Positions 17,865 through 27,939 of a DNA stretch of 62,151 nucleotides are shown piece after piece. A model generated the notes under the pieces. That model saw only the letters and a program-made list of their open reading frames with translations. It made no database searches and was not told where the DNA came from. How positions within the stretch are numbered: position 1 is the stretch's first letter; each line of letters starts with the position of its first letter. The translations under genes and the position numbers were made by a program. Origin of the DNA: Rhodoferax sp. (GTDB lineage: Bacteria > Pseudomonadota > Gammaproteobacteria > Burkholderiales > Burkholderiaceae_C); assembly GCA_044339205.1 (NCBI GenBank), contig JBIIVW010000001.1, positions 1-62,151 on the forward strand, given 5' to 3'.

Positions 17865-19816
17865 TGGAAGCACAAGCGTCCGTGTGGTTTCGGTACCGTA
17901 TGCGCCTTTTCTGGCTTTTGTGGGGTGTCGCACTGCTTGCGATCTCGGGCTGCCAGAGGGCCACCAACGGTGACAAGGCTATCCACCTGACAAGCGCGCA
18001 GATTTATTCGGTGGTGGGCCACGAGTTCACACAGCCGCCAAGAAACCGGGGCGTTGTAATGCTGCCCCAAAGTGACTGGCAGACAGCAGGCTTGCCGCAC
18101 GTTGCCCCGCGTGAATTGCTGGCGCAGCCCCAAGATGAAGGGCACACCGTGACCGACTGGTATCGGCTTGACACGGCTGCGCTGCAGGGCACCACGCGGG
18201 CACGTTATTTGTATGTGCCACGTTGGAAAACCATTGGACAAATCGCAGTGTATGCAGATGACAGGCTTATCTACAGCTCTGAGGGCAGCATGACCCACAA
18301 CGGCTATAACCATCCGCTGCTGCTGCGGCTCAACGCCGGGCAGGGCGAGCGAGCACCAGCCACCGTGCTGCTGCGCATAGACCGGCTGCGCAGCAGCGGA
18401 AGCGCTTTATCTACCCTGTGGGTGGGTGCAGCACAGCCGCTGGTGTGGCGTTACCAGGTGCGGCAATTTCTTCAAACGCAGTTGCCTTTTATTGGCGGTG
18501 CGGCCTTTTTGGCGGTGGGATTTTTCTCACTGGCAGTTTGGCTCAGGCGGCGCAACGATTCGCTTTACCTGCTTTTTTTTGCCACCTCTGCGATGGCTTT
18601 TGTGCGGATGCTGCATTACCACATTGGCGGCAGCACCCTGCCTTTTGACGACGAGTGGTTTGAGTGGGTCACCGTGGCATCACTGATGTGGCTGCTGGTG
18701 TTGTCGCATGTTTTCCTGGAGCGTTTGCATGGCCAAGGTGTGCGCTGGCTGACCCCTGCTCTCTTTGTTCTCACGGCCTCGTTCAATTTGGTCACCCTGC
18801 CGGGGCTGGCGCTGCTGCTGCCCCGTCTGACTTTAATCACGCCGCTGCTTTATATGTTGTTGCTGCCGTTTGCCACGCTGATTTTTCTTGAAGCACTGCG
18901 CAACAGCATGCGCATTCGTTCGCGCGAGGTGTGGCTGATGTCAGGGTGGCTTTTTGCCACCACACTGGGCTGCACCTATGACCTGCTGTTGCAAAACAAC
19001 TGGGTAAGTCCCGAGGGGATGTACACCAACCCTTACGCCATTATTGGGCTGTTTGTTATGTTCACCTACATCATGTTCAGGCGCTATGTAGGGGCCAAAG
19101 CGGAGATTGAGCAGGCCAACGCTCACCTGGCCCAGCGCCTGGAAAGCCGCGAATTGGAGCTAGGCCTGAGTTACGCGCGACTGCGCGAAGTCGAACACCT
19201 GCAAACCTTGAGCGACGAGCGCCTTCGCCTCACACAAGACATGCATGACGGCTTGGGGGCGTCGCTGGTCAGCGCGCTGCGCGTGGTGCAGACCGGACGC
19301 ATGAGCGACATCGAACTGGGCGAGATTCTGAAAAGTTGTATTGATGACCTCAAGCTCACCATCGACTCCATGGAACCGGTTGATGACGACTTGCTGCTGC
19401 TACTTGCAACCCTGCGTTTTCGGTTGGGTCCGAGGCTGGCCAGCGCAGGCATCTCTCTGCACTGGGAGGTGGTGGACTTGCCTGCACTCCCCTGGCTGGA
19501 CCCACGCAACGCCTTGCATATTTTGCGGATTCTGCAAGAGTCCTTTGCCAACATCCTCAAGCACACCAAAGCTCAGGAAATCCGCGTGGCCACCCGTGTG
19601 GAAAGCAGTGGTGTCACCGTGACGATCACCGACAACGGCCAGGGTTTCTCGCTGGAGGCCGGCCTGCTCGCTGGTGGCAAAGGCCTGCACAACCAGCAGC
19701 GCCGGGCACAAACGGTCGGTGGCTCGGTGCAATGGCAATCAGACGCCAGCGGAACCCGCATGACGCTGTGGCTGCCAAGAAATAGACAAGATTCACCCGC
19801 AACCCAAGGCCATTGA
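17864..19816 (+). CDS. Sensor histidine kinase (periplasmic domain, multi-TM 7TM-DISM-like region, HisKA_3)
   Basis: QDMHDGLG H-box, ESFANILKH N-box, DNGQG and GKGL boxes; several TM helices. Confidence 0.9.
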   Translation: MEAQASVWFRYRMRLFWLLWGVALLAISGCQRATNGDKAIHLTSAQIYSVVGHEFTQPPRNRGVVMLPQSDWQTAGLPHVAPRELLAQPQDEGHTVTDWYRLDTAALQGTTRARYLYVPRWKTIGQIAVYADDRLIYSSEGSMTHNGYNHPLLLRLNAGQGERAPATVLLRIDRLRSSGSALSTLWVGAAQPLVWRYQVRQFLQTQLPFIGGAAFLAVGFFSLAVWLRRRNDSLYLLFFATSAMAFVRMLHYHIGGSTLPFDDEWFEWVTVASLMWLLVLSHVFLERLHGQGVRWLTPALFVLTASFNLVTLPGLALLLPRLTLITPLLYMLLLPFATLIFLEALRNSMRIRSREVWLMSGWLFATTLGCTYDLLLQNNWVSPEGMYTNPYAIIGLFVMFTYIMFRRYVGAKAEIEQANAHLAQRLESRELELGLSYARLREVEHLQTLSDERLRLTQDMHDGLGASLVSALRVVQTGRMSDIELGEILKSCIDDLKLTIDSMEPVDDDLLLLLATLRFRLGPRLASAGISLHWEVVDLPALPWLDPRNALHILRILQESFANILKHTKAQEIRVATRVESSGVTVTITDNGQGFSLEAGLLAGGKGLHNQQRRAQTVGGSVQWQSDASGTRMTLWLPRNRQDSPATQGH

Positions 19817-19865
19817 AGTTGGCGGCGACCCAAACAACGTGGTGTCGCTCTGTATCATCCCCGTC

Positions 19866-20477
19866 ATGCTTGCCACGCTGATGAGTTACTTTTTGCTGGG
19901 TCTGATCCGGGTCCTGACCGGGTCACAGGCACGCTGGTACGGTTGCCCGCCCAAGGCCGAGCAGCGCATCTACTTCGCCAACCACCAGAGCCACGCCGAC
20001 CTGGTCATGATCTGGGCCGCCCTGCCCAAGGAGTTGCGCGCACGCACCCGCGCCATTGCCGCGCGGGACTACTGGACCAAGACCCCCTTCAAGCAATGGC
20101 TGACCACGGCCGTGTTCAACGTCATTTATGTCTCGCGCGAGCGCACCGCCGAGGAGGACCCGCTGGAGCCCCTGATTGAGGCCTTGAACCACGGCGACTC
20201 GATCATCCTGTTTCCCGAGGGAACCCGGGGCAACGCAGAGGAACCGCAAGCCTTCAAGGCCGGGTTGTACAACCTGGCACTCAAATTCCCCCAGATCGAG
20301 CTGATTCCCGCCTGGATCAACAATGTGCAGCGCGTGATGCCCAAGGGCGAGGTGGTGCCCGTGCCGGTGCTGTGCTCGGTGACCTTTGGCACGCCCATGC
20401 GCCTGATGCCCGGTGAAGAACGTCGCGCCTTTCTGGATCGGGCGAGGAGCGCCGTCATCGCTCTGCGCGATGTCTGA
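19866..20477 (+). CDS. Lysophospholipid acyltransferase (PlsC family)
   Basis: NHQSHAD (HX4D) and FPEGTR motifs. Confidence 0.92.
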   Translation: MLATLMSYFLLGLIRVLTGSQARWYGCPPKAEQRIYFANHQSHADLVMIWAALPKELRARTRAIAARDYWTKTPFKQWLTTAVFNVIYVSRERTAEEDPLEPLIEALNHGDSIILFPEGTRGNAEEPQAFKAGLYNLALKFPQIELIPAWINNVQRVMPKGEVVPVPVLCSVTFGTPMRLMPGEERRAFLDRARSAVIALRDV

Positions 20478-20498
20478 GCACTCAACCGCCTGATTGCC

Positions 20499-21488
20499 AT
20501 GTACCAGCCCCTAAAGAATCTCACGGCCAGCCAGCAAGTTGGCGCGCTTTTTTTCATCGTCTTTGGACTGTTGCTGCTGGCCAGCATCACCGCGGTGTTT
20601 CTGTCCCTGCGTGAGAGCGATGACAGCGCTGCCTCCGACCAGCGTCGGGCCGATCTGCACAATTTTGAAGGTGTGCTGCGCACCAGCTGGTTCATGGCGC
20701 TGGTGTTTTGGGTGGGCTGGCTCAGTGGGAATAAGGTGGCGCTGGTGCTTTTTGGCGGGGTCTCTTTCTTTGCGCTGCGCGAGTTCATGACCCTCTCGCC
20801 CACCCGCCGAGGCGACCACCGCAGCCTGGTGCTGGCGTTTTTTGTGGTGCTGCCGCTGCAATACTGGCTGGCTGGCAGCAAATATTTCAATCTTTTTACC
20901 GTGTTCATCCCGGTCTATGTGTTTCTGGCGATTCCCGTGGTAAGCGCTTTGGCGAATGACCCGCAGCGCTATCTGGAACGCAATGCCAAGCTGCAGTGGG
21001 GCATCATGGTGTGCATCTTCGGCATGAGCCATGTACCTGCGCTACTACTCTTGAACTTTCCCGGCTACACCCAACGCAGCGCTTTTTTGGTGTTTTTTCT
21101 GGTGCTGGTGGTTCAAACCTGCATGCTGGCCCAGCACTTGACCTCGCGCCGCCTGCGCCGCCCGCCTGCCGCGCCGCTCATCAGCCAGAGCTTCAATTGG
21201 CCGAGTTGGTGGGTGGGCATTGCCGTGGGCAGTGGCGTGGGCGGCTTGCTGGCGGGCATCACGCCGTTCATGCCGGGTCAGGCCATGGCCATGGCCTTCA
21301 TTGCCTGTGTGGCAGGATCGCTGGGGCACTTGGTGATGAAGGCGCTCAAGCGGGACCGGGGCATCCCGATCTGGCGCGGCCAGGGGCCGGCCATCACGGG
21401 GGCCGGTGGCTTGCTGGACCGGGTGGATGCACTGTGTTTTGCCGCCCCGGTGTTTTTTCACTCGGTTAGATGGTATTTCGGCCTCTAG
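20499..21488 (+). CDS. Phosphatidate cytidylyltransferase-like membrane protein with degenerate motifs
   Basis: Multi-TM; ALREF, KALKRDRGI and GGLLDRVD motifs; lacks the SPxKTxEG motif. Confidence 0.8.
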   Translation: MYQPLKNLTASQQVGALFFIVFGLLLLASITAVFLSLRESDDSAASDQRRADLHNFEGVLRTSWFMALVFWVGWLSGNKVALVLFGGVSFFALREFMTLSPTRRGDHRSLVLAFFVVLPLQYWLAGSKYFNLFTVFIPVYVFLAIPVVSALANDPQRYLERNAKLQWGIMVCIFGMSHVPALLLLNFPGYTQRSAFLVFFLVLVVQTCMLAQHLTSRRLRRPPAAPLISQSFNWPSWWVGIAVGSGVGGLLAGITPFMPGQAMAMAFIACVAGSLGHLVMKALKRDRGIPIWRGQGPAITGAGGLLDRVDALCFAAPVFFHSVRWYFGL

Positions 21489-21529
21489 CCGGCGTATTCA
21501 TTGCCTTCAAACAGTAACAATAAGAGCGA
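21466..21529 (-). repeat. 64-bp motif copy spanning the stop of the cytidylyltransferase gene and the ruvC 5' region
   Basis: Perfect core gccggctagaggcc (21480-21493, minus); its CTAG provides the TAG stop. The left arm is degenerate. Confidence 0.75.
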
Positions 21530-22090
21530 ATGAGAGTTTTAGGCATTGACCCCGGTCTGCGCACCACCGGCTTTGGCGTGATTGATGTGGACGGCTCCAA
21601 CTTGGCCTATGTGGCCAGCGGCACCATCAGCACCACCCACATCGAGAAGGATTACCTCCCCGCGCGTCTGAAAGTCCTGTTTGACGGTATCCGCGAGGTG
21701 GTGGGGCGCTATGAGCCCGATTGCGCCTCGGTGGAGATCGTGTTCGTCAACGTCAACCCCCAATCCACCCTGCTGCTGGGCCAGGCGCGCGGCGCAGCCG
21801 TATCCGCGCTGGTGTTTTCCGACCTGCCGGTGGCCGAATACACGGCGCTGCAAATGAAGCAAGCCGTGGTGGGGTACGGGCGCGCCGACAAAACCCAGAT
21901 TCAGGAGATGGTGCGCCGGCTGCTGACCCTGCCCGGCCTGCCGGGGTCGGATGCTGCCGACGCGCTGGGGCTGGCCATCACCCACGCCCATGCGGCCAAC
22001 TCCATTGCCCGACTGATGCAGGCCAAGGGCGTTGGTGGCGCGCAAAACCAGACCCAAAAAGCGGCTTACAAGGCGGGGCGGAGTCGCTGA
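21530..22090 (+). CDS. ruvC: Crossover junction endodeoxyribonuclease RuvC
   Basis: [24 protein letters not shown] and DAADAL motifs. Confidence 0.96.
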   Translation: MRVLGIDPGLRTTGFGVIDVDGSNLAYVASGTISTTHIEKDYLPARLKVLFDGIREVVGRYEPDCASVEIVFVNVNPQSTLLLGQARGAAVSALVFSDLPVAEYTALQMKQAVVGYGRADKTQIQEMVRRLLTLPGLPGSDAADALGLAITHAHAANSIARLMQAKGVGGAQNQTQKAAYKAGRSR

Positions 22091-22138
22091 GTCGGCTGTG
22101 CAGAGGCGGGAGCCAACCTGAACCCTCAAACGCGGATG

Positions 22139-22315
22139 TCAGGCAATCCGCTCCAGAATCAGCACCGCAAAAAAGCCGAACGCAGCCATCAGGGTCCACT
22201 TGAGGGTGAGCAACCCATAGCGCTTGAAACGGGGCTGGCCGGTGCCCATAAAAAACGCAAAAGACACCACAGAACCCAGCAGCAGCAGGAGAATGAGCCA
22301 GCGAAAAAGCAACAT
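22139..22315 (-). CDS. Small two-TM membrane protein (58 aa), not in the ORF track
   Basis: Hand translation: MLLFRWLILLLLLGSVVSFAFFMGTGQPRFKRYGLLTLKWTLMAAFGFFAVLILERIA*; starts 41 nt after the lpxC stop. Confidence 0.75.
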   Translation of the reverse strand: MLLFRWLILLLLLGSVVSFAFFMGTGQPRFKRYGLLTLKWTLMAAFGFFAVLILERIA

Positions 22316-22356
22316 GGTGGGGTGGCCTCAGGCGAATGGGGGTTGAAAGCGCCGCA

Positions 22357-23280
22357 CTACCAGGCGCGGGCGAGTTGCGCAAATCCTTTGGGGGCGCGCT
22401 TGTCATCCTCAAAGGTCACCACATCCCAGGCCTCGGGGTGATTGAGCAGTTCACGCAGCAGCAGGTTGTTCAGGCCATGGCCGGAACGAAACGCGCTGTA
22501 GCTGGCCAGAAAGGGCTTGCCGATGAGGTAGAGGTCCCCCATGGCATCGAGAATTTTGTGTTTGACGAACTCGTCGTCATAGCGCAGGCCGCCCGCATTG
22601 AGCACCTTGTAGTCGTCCATCACGATGGCGTTGTCCATGCCGCCGCCCAAGGCCAGGCCATTGGCGCGCATCATCTCCACATCTTTGGTAAAGCCGAACG
22701 TGCGTGCGCGGGCGATGTCTTTGGAGTAGGAATCGATGCTCATGTCGAACACCACACGTTGGCCGGTGGAGTCCACGGCGGGGTGATCAAAGTCAATCTC
22801 AAAGCTGAGCTTGTAGCCGTGATAGGGCTCCAGGCGGGCCCACTTTTCCGAGGCACCCTGTCCGTCTCGCACCTCCACAGATTTCAACAGCCTAATAAAA
22901 CGACGCGGGGCGTTTTGCAGCACGATGCCTGCGGATTGCAGCAAGAAAACAAACGAGGCCGCTGAGCCATCCAGGATGGGGACTTCTTCGGCGGTGATGT
23001 CCACATAAAGATTGTCGACGCCAAGCCCCGCGCAGGCGGACATCAAATGCTCCACCGTAAACACCTTGGCGTTGCCGCAAGACAGGGTGGAGGCCATGCG
23101 GGTGTCAGTCACTGCCGTGGCCGAGACGACGATGTCCACCGGGTCGGGCAGGTCAGTGCGACGGAACACGATGCCGGTGTCTGGTGCGGCCGGGCGCAAG
23201 GTGAGCTCGACCCGCTGGCCGCTGTGCAGGCCGACGCCTACGGCTCGGGTGAGGGATTTGAGGGTTCTTTGTTGAATCAC
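22357..23280 (-). CDS. lpxC: UDP-3-O-acyl-GlcNAc deacetylase
   Basis: GVGLHSG, TVEHL, ARTFGF and HKILD motifs. Confidence 0.97.
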   Translation of the reverse strand: MIQQRTLKSLTRAVGVGLHSGQRVELTLRPAAPDTGIVFRRTDLPDPVDIVVSATAVTDTRMASTLSCGNAKVFTVEHLMSACAGLGVDNLYVDITAEEVPILDGSAASFVFLLQSAGIVLQNAPRRFIRLLKSVEVRDGQGASEKWARLEPYHGYKLSFEIDFDHPAVDSTGQRVVFDMSIDSYSKDIARARTFGFTKDVEMMRANGLALGGGMDNAIVMDDYKVLNAGGLRYDDEFVKHKILDAMGDLYLIGKPFLASYSAFRSGHGLNNLLLRELLNHPEAWDVVTFEDDKRAPKGFAQLARAW

Positions 23281-23498
23281 CGAGCTATTTTACTTTTGTG
23301 GGCAAATCGGATGATGCTTGTAGGGCGAATGGCCGGCTCCCGCCCTTGCGAAGCTCGCAACTTGACCCTTGATACCTTGCCGCACCACTCACGCCGGCAA
23401 CCGTCTCCTGGACATCCGCTGCCGGTGCGACAGACTCAAATGAAGCCCTCTTCCCCCCCCGGCGGGGGTGGAAAGGGGGTTGGGGGGATAGGGGGGGA

Positions 23499-24749
23499 TT
23501 AATCCGCCTGCTTACGCAAAAACGCAGGAATCTCGAAGTCATCCATCCCGCCGGAAGCCAGCGCATCCACCTTGGCCGCCGCCTGCGTGCGGTCGCGCGT
23601 GCGCCAGACACTGGGGGTTGCCATCGAACCGTAGTCAGGCTGAGCCGAACCCGATGAGCCCATCGCACCTGCCATCGTGCCGGACGACACGGAGCCCATG
23701 GACGCGCCATTCAGCCCGGGCACATGAAACGGCACGTTGTCCGTACCGGTGCGCAGCACCTGCAGCGGAGGCGCCATGCGACGGGCACCCTGACGGCTCA
23801 GACCGGTAGCCACCACGGTCACGCGAATCTCGTCACCCAGGTTGTCGTCATAGGCCGTACCGTAGATCACATGGGCGTCGGGCGAAGCGTAGGCGCGGAT
23901 GGTGTTCATGGCCAGCTTGGACTCGGCCAGTTTCAGGGAACCCTTGGCGGCGGTAATCAGCACCAGCACACCCTTGGCGCCAGAGAGGTCAATGCCCTCC
24001 AACAACGGGCAAGCCACAGCTTGCTCGGCCGCAATGCGGGCGCGGTCCGGGCCGGCAGCCACTGCGGTACCCATCATGGCCTTGCCGGGCTCGCCCATGA
24101 CAGTGCGCACATCTTCAAAGTCGACGTTGACATGGCCTGGCACATTGATGATCTCGGCAATACCACCCACGGCGTTTTTCAACACATCGTTGGCATGGGC
24201 AAACGCCTGGTCTTGCGTTACATCGTCACCCAGGACTTCAAGCAACTTCTCATTGAGCACCACGATCAGGGAGTCCACATTGGCCTCCAGCTCAGCCAAG
24301 CCGCCGTCGGCGTTGGTCATGCGGCGACCGCCTTCAAACTCGAAGGGCTTGGTGACCACGCCCACGGTCAGAATGCCCATTTCACGTGCGACACGGGCAA
24401 TGACAGGCGCTGCGCCCGTGCCGGTGCCGCCGCCCATGCCAGCCGTGATGAAGAGCATGTGCGCACCTTCAATGGCACTGCGAATATCGTCCACAGCCAA
24501 CTCGGCGGCCTCGCGGCCCTTGTCGGGCTTGCTGCCAGCGCCCAGCCCGCTGCTGCCCAGCTGGATGGTGCGGTGCGCATGGCTACTGCTCAGGGCCTGT
24601 GCGTCGGTATTGGCGCAAATAAACTCCACACCCTGCACGGCGCAGCTGATCATGTGGCCCACGGCGTTACCGCCGCCGCCGCCGACGCCGATCACCTTGA
24701 TCTGGGTGCCTTGGTTAAACACTTGGTCTTCAATCATTTCGATAGGCAT
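23499..24749 (-). CDS. ftsZ: Cell division protein FtsZ
   Basis: GGGTGTG motif, C-terminal EIPAFLRKQAD; start ATG 24749 after AGGAG. Confidence 0.97.
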   Translation of the reverse strand: MPIEMIEDQVFNQGTQIKVIGVGGGGGNAVGHMISCAVQGVEFICANTDAQALSSSHAHRTIQLGSSGLGAGSKPDKGREAAELAVDDIRSAIEGAHMLFITAGMGGGTGTGAAPVIARVAREMGILTVGVVTKPFEFEGGRRMTNADGGLAELEANVDSLIVVLNEKLLEVLGDDVTQDQAFAHANDVLKNAVGGIAEIINVPGHVNVDFEDVRTVMGEPGKAMMGTAVAAGPDRARIAAEQAVACPLLEGIDLSGAKGVLVLITAAKGSLKLAESKLAMNTIRAYASPDAHVIYGTAYDDNLGDEIRVTVVATGLSRQGARRMAPPLQVLRTGTDNVPFHVPGLNGASMGSVSSGTMAGAMGSSGSAQPDYGSMATPSVWRTRDRTQAAAKVDALASGGMDDFEIPAFLRKQAD

Positions 24750-24926
24750 TTTTTTCTCTCCTTGAGGTTTCGATGGTTTGGCATTAGCCGAATAAGTTGA
24801 ATCAAGATCTGGGGCTGAGTGGTCACGGCGGGCCGGCGCATGGCCATCGACGCTGGGGGCTCTCACGCGGATTGGCGCCAACGCACTCTGCCGGGTTGGC
24901 CACAGGGATGTTCAGGTAGTTCATGG

Positions 24927-26156
24927 CTAAAAGTTCCCCACAAACCAGTCTTTGACCTGACCGAAGGCCGTTTTCATGGAGCCGTTTTTCTGGGCCACCT
25001 TGAAGCCGCGCAGACGTGCCGAACGGGCTTCTTCGAGCAAGCCCATGACGGTGGCCGCACGGGGCTGGGCGACCATGTCGGCCAACGCGCTGGAATACCT
25101 TGGAATGCCGCGTCGCACGGGTTTCAGGAAGATGTCTTCGCCCAGCTCCACCATGCCCGGCATGATGCAGCTGCCCCCGGTGAGCACAATGCCGCTGGAA
25201 AGCATTTCCTCAAAACCGGACTCGCGGATCACCTGGTGCACCAGCGAGAAAATTTCTTCGACACGCGGCTCAATGACGCCGGCCAGTGCCTGTCGGCTCA
25301 GCATGCGCGGGCCCCGGTCACCCAGGCCGGGCACCTCCACCTGCGCATCGGGATCGGCCAGCATTTGTTTGGCGTAACCGCTCTCGACCTTGATTTCTTC
25401 CGCGTCCTTGGTGGGCGTGCGCAACGCCATCGCAATGTCGCTGGTGATCAGGTCGCCGGCAATCGGGATGATGGCGGTGTGGCGAATCGCGCCGTTGGTG
25501 AAGATCGCCACGTCGGTGGTGCCGGCGCCGATGTCCACCAGAGCCACCCCCAACTCGCGCTCGTCTTCGCTCAGCACCGACAGGCTGCTGGCCAGGGGGT
25601 TGAGCATGAGCTGCTCAACCTCCAGGCCGCAGCGCCGCACGCACTTGATGATGTTCTCGGCCGCCGTCTGGGCACCCGTGACGATGTGCACCTTGGCCTC
25701 CAGGCGAATGCCGCTCATGCCGATGGGCTCTTTCACGTCCTGCCCGTCGATGATGAATTCTTGCGGTTCCACCAGCAGCAGGCGCTGGTCGGTCGAGATG
25801 TTGATGGCTTTGGCGGTCTCCACCACACGGGCCACATCGGCGGCAGTGACCTCGCGGTCCTTGATGGCTACCATGCCGCTGGAATTGATGCCGCGAATAT
25901 GGCTGCCGGTGATGCCGGTGTAGACCCGGGTGATCTTGCAGTCGGCCATCAGCTCGGCTTCTTTCAAGGCTTGCTGAATGCTTTGCACGGTGGCGTCAAT
26001 GTTGACCACCACCCCGCGCTTGAGGCCGTTGCTGGGCGCCACGCCCAAGCCCGCGAGTTTGAGCGTTCCGCCCGGCAGCACTTCAGCCACCACCACCATG
26101 ACTTTGGCGGTGCCGATGTCCAGCCCGACGACCAGGTCCTTGTATTCTTTTGCCAT
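24927..26156 (-). CDS. ftsA: Cell division protein FtsA
   Basis: GLDIGTAK, VDIGAGTTD and VLTGG motifs. Confidence 0.97.
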   Translation of the reverse strand: MAKEYKDLVVGLDIGTAKVMVVVAEVLPGGTLKLAGLGVAPSNGLKRGVVVNIDATVQSIQQALKEAELMADCKITRVYTGITGSHIRGINSSGMVAIKDREVTAADVARVVETAKAINISTDQRLLLVEPQEFIIDGQDVKEPIGMSGIRLEAKVHIVTGAQTAAENIIKCVRRCGLEVEQLMLNPLASSLSVLSEDERELGVALVDIGAGTTDVAIFTNGAIRHTAIIPIAGDLITSDIAMALRTPTKDAEEIKVESGYAKQMLADPDAQVEVPGLGDRGPRMLSRQALAGVIEPRVEEIFSLVHQVIRESGFEEMLSSGIVLTGGSCIMPGMVELGEDIFLKPVRRGIPRYSSALADMVAQPRAATVMGLLEEARSARLRGFKVAQKNGSMKTAFGQVKDWFVGNF

Positions 26157-26182
26157 AGTGTTGCCTGTTGCTCCTGTTGCCG

Positions 26183-26974
26183 CTACTTTGTTACTTTTTT
26201 CAAACCATCCACTGTCACCGTAGTCACCCCACCCAAGCGGATGGCATACCCATCGGGGTGCCTTAAATCTGCCGTTTCAAGGGCATCGGGCTTTCTGCCA
26301 TATCGGGAGGTCACCTGCGTCAGGGTGCCAAGAAACTGCTGCGTTCTGGCCAGCACTTCTTCTGACGTGCCACCGCCAAGTTCGATGACCGCACCGTTGT
26401 CGGACCGCGCCCGCCAGCCACCGTGACCCGTCAGATCAAGCTGAACCAGGGGCATGTCAAGGATCGCGAACTGGGGCGCCAGCGATTGGTACATCGCCAA
26501 AACCCTGGTGGCTTGGCCATCGGGGCCAAACAGGCGGGGCAGATCATCCTCGTCAACCTCGCCCACATTGGCCTCAAACACCTCCCCCAAGTGATTGACC
26601 AGCGCCGAGGCGCTTTCAGGCCCCCAATAGGCCACCGCCTTATGCTCCTCCAGCACCACCTTGAGCCGATTGGGAAACTCGCGCCGCACGGTGGCTTGGC
26701 GAACCCAGGGCAGACTCTCAAAAGCGTGCCGCGCCGCGCCCATGTCCATGGTGAAAAACGTGCCCTGCAAGAGTGGCGCCACATTGGCACGCAAGGTGGC
26801 GGCATTGTGGTGCGAGACATCGCCCGTGACCGTGATGCCGCGTACCGCCCAGGCGGGATGCCTCACGGCCCAACCTGCCAGGGCGCCCAGCACCAGCAAC
26901 GCGAACGCCAGGAACAAGACAGAGGCTGTCATGTTCATGAGTCGGACATCAACTGGCACGGGCGTATGCATCAT
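26183..26974 (-). CDS. ftsQ: Cell division protein FtsQ
   Basis: TM helix, POTRA (LPWV...VRREFPN), DLRH; dcw position. Confidence 0.92.
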   Translation of the reverse strand: MMHTPVPVDVRLMNMTASVLFLAFALLVLGALAGWAVRHPAWAVRGITVTGDVSHHNAATLRANVAPLLQGTFFTMDMGAARHAFESLPWVRQATVRREFPNRLKVVLEEHKAVAYWGPESASALVNHLGEVFEANVGEVDEDDLPRLFGPDGQATRVLAMYQSLAPQFAILDMPLVQLDLTGHGGWRARSDNGAVIELGGGTSEEVLARTQQFLGTLTQVTSRYGRKPDALETADLRHPDGYAIRLGGVTTVTVDGLKKVTK

Positions 26975-27939
26975 CGTGTGGTCTGAACCAGGGGCGCGCT
27001 GTAGTCCAGCGTGGCGTGCCTGATCAACTCCAGGCACAGCTGCGGATAACTCAAACCAGCCGCCCGGGCGGCCATGGGCACGAGGGAATGGCTGGTCATG
27101 CCGGGCGAGGTGTTGATCTCCAGCAAATACGGCTTGCGCGTATGGGCATCCACCATCACATCAGCCCGCCCCCAGCCCCGGCAACCGAGGGTGCGGTAAG
27201 CATGAAGCACGAGTTGCTGGATATGCGCTTCTTCACCTTCAGGCAAACCACTCGGCACCAGGTACTGGGTGGTGTCGGTGAAATACTTGGCCTCGTAGTC
27301 GTAATTGCCGCCAGTGGCCACGATACGGATCACCGGCAGAGTGCGGGCATTTTGGTCGGCACCCAACACGGCAATGGTCACCTCATCACCGCTGATGAAC
27401 TGCTCGCACAGGACCTCGGTGTCGTGCAGCGCCGCCAACTCGTAGGCGGCTGCACACTGATTGATGGTGGTCACCTTGGTCAAGCCGATGGTGGAGCCCT
27501 CACGGGCGGGTTTCACGATCATCGGGCTGCCCAGGTCTGCAAACGCCTGCTCGGTGGCTGATGCACTGCCCACCTGCTGCCAGCCCGGGGTAGGCAGGTT
27601 TTCGGCGCGCCAGATGCGCTTGGTCATGACCTTGTCAATGGCGATACTGGAGGCCATGACGCCAGAGCCAGTGTAGGGAATGCCCAGCAATTCCAGCGCA
27701 CCCTGCACCGTGCCGTCTTCACCAAACCGGCCGTGCAAAGCGATAAAACAGCAGGTAAACCCCTCGTGTTTGAGGTCGGCCAATTCGCGCATCGAGGGGT
27801 CGAAAGGATGAACGTCCACACCTTGTGAACGCAGCGCTTCCAAGACACCCTGGCCCGACATGAGGGAGACTTCCCGCTCGGCAGAAGCACCGCCCATGAG
27901 CACGGCGACTTTGGCGGTCTTGAGATCAAATGGTTTCAT
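26971..27939 (-). CDS. ddl: D-alanine-D-alanine ligase
   Basis: [19 protein letters not shown] and [10 protein letters not shown] motifs. Confidence 0.96.
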   Translation of the reverse strand: MKPFDLKTAKVAVLMGGASAEREVSLMSGQGVLEALRSQGVDVHPFDPSMRELADLKHEGFTCCFIALHGRFGEDGTVQGALELLGIPYTGSGVMASSIAIDKVMTKRIWRAENLPTPGWQQVGSASATEQAFADLGSPMIVKPAREGSTIGLTKVTTINQCAAAYELAALHDTEVLCEQFISGDEVTIAVLGADQNARTLPVIRIVATGGNYDYEAKYFTDTTQYLVPSGLPEGEEAHIQQLVLHAYRTLGCRGWGRADVMVDAHTRKPYLLEINTSPGMTSHSLVPMAARAAGLSYPQLCLELIRHATLDYSAPLVQTTR

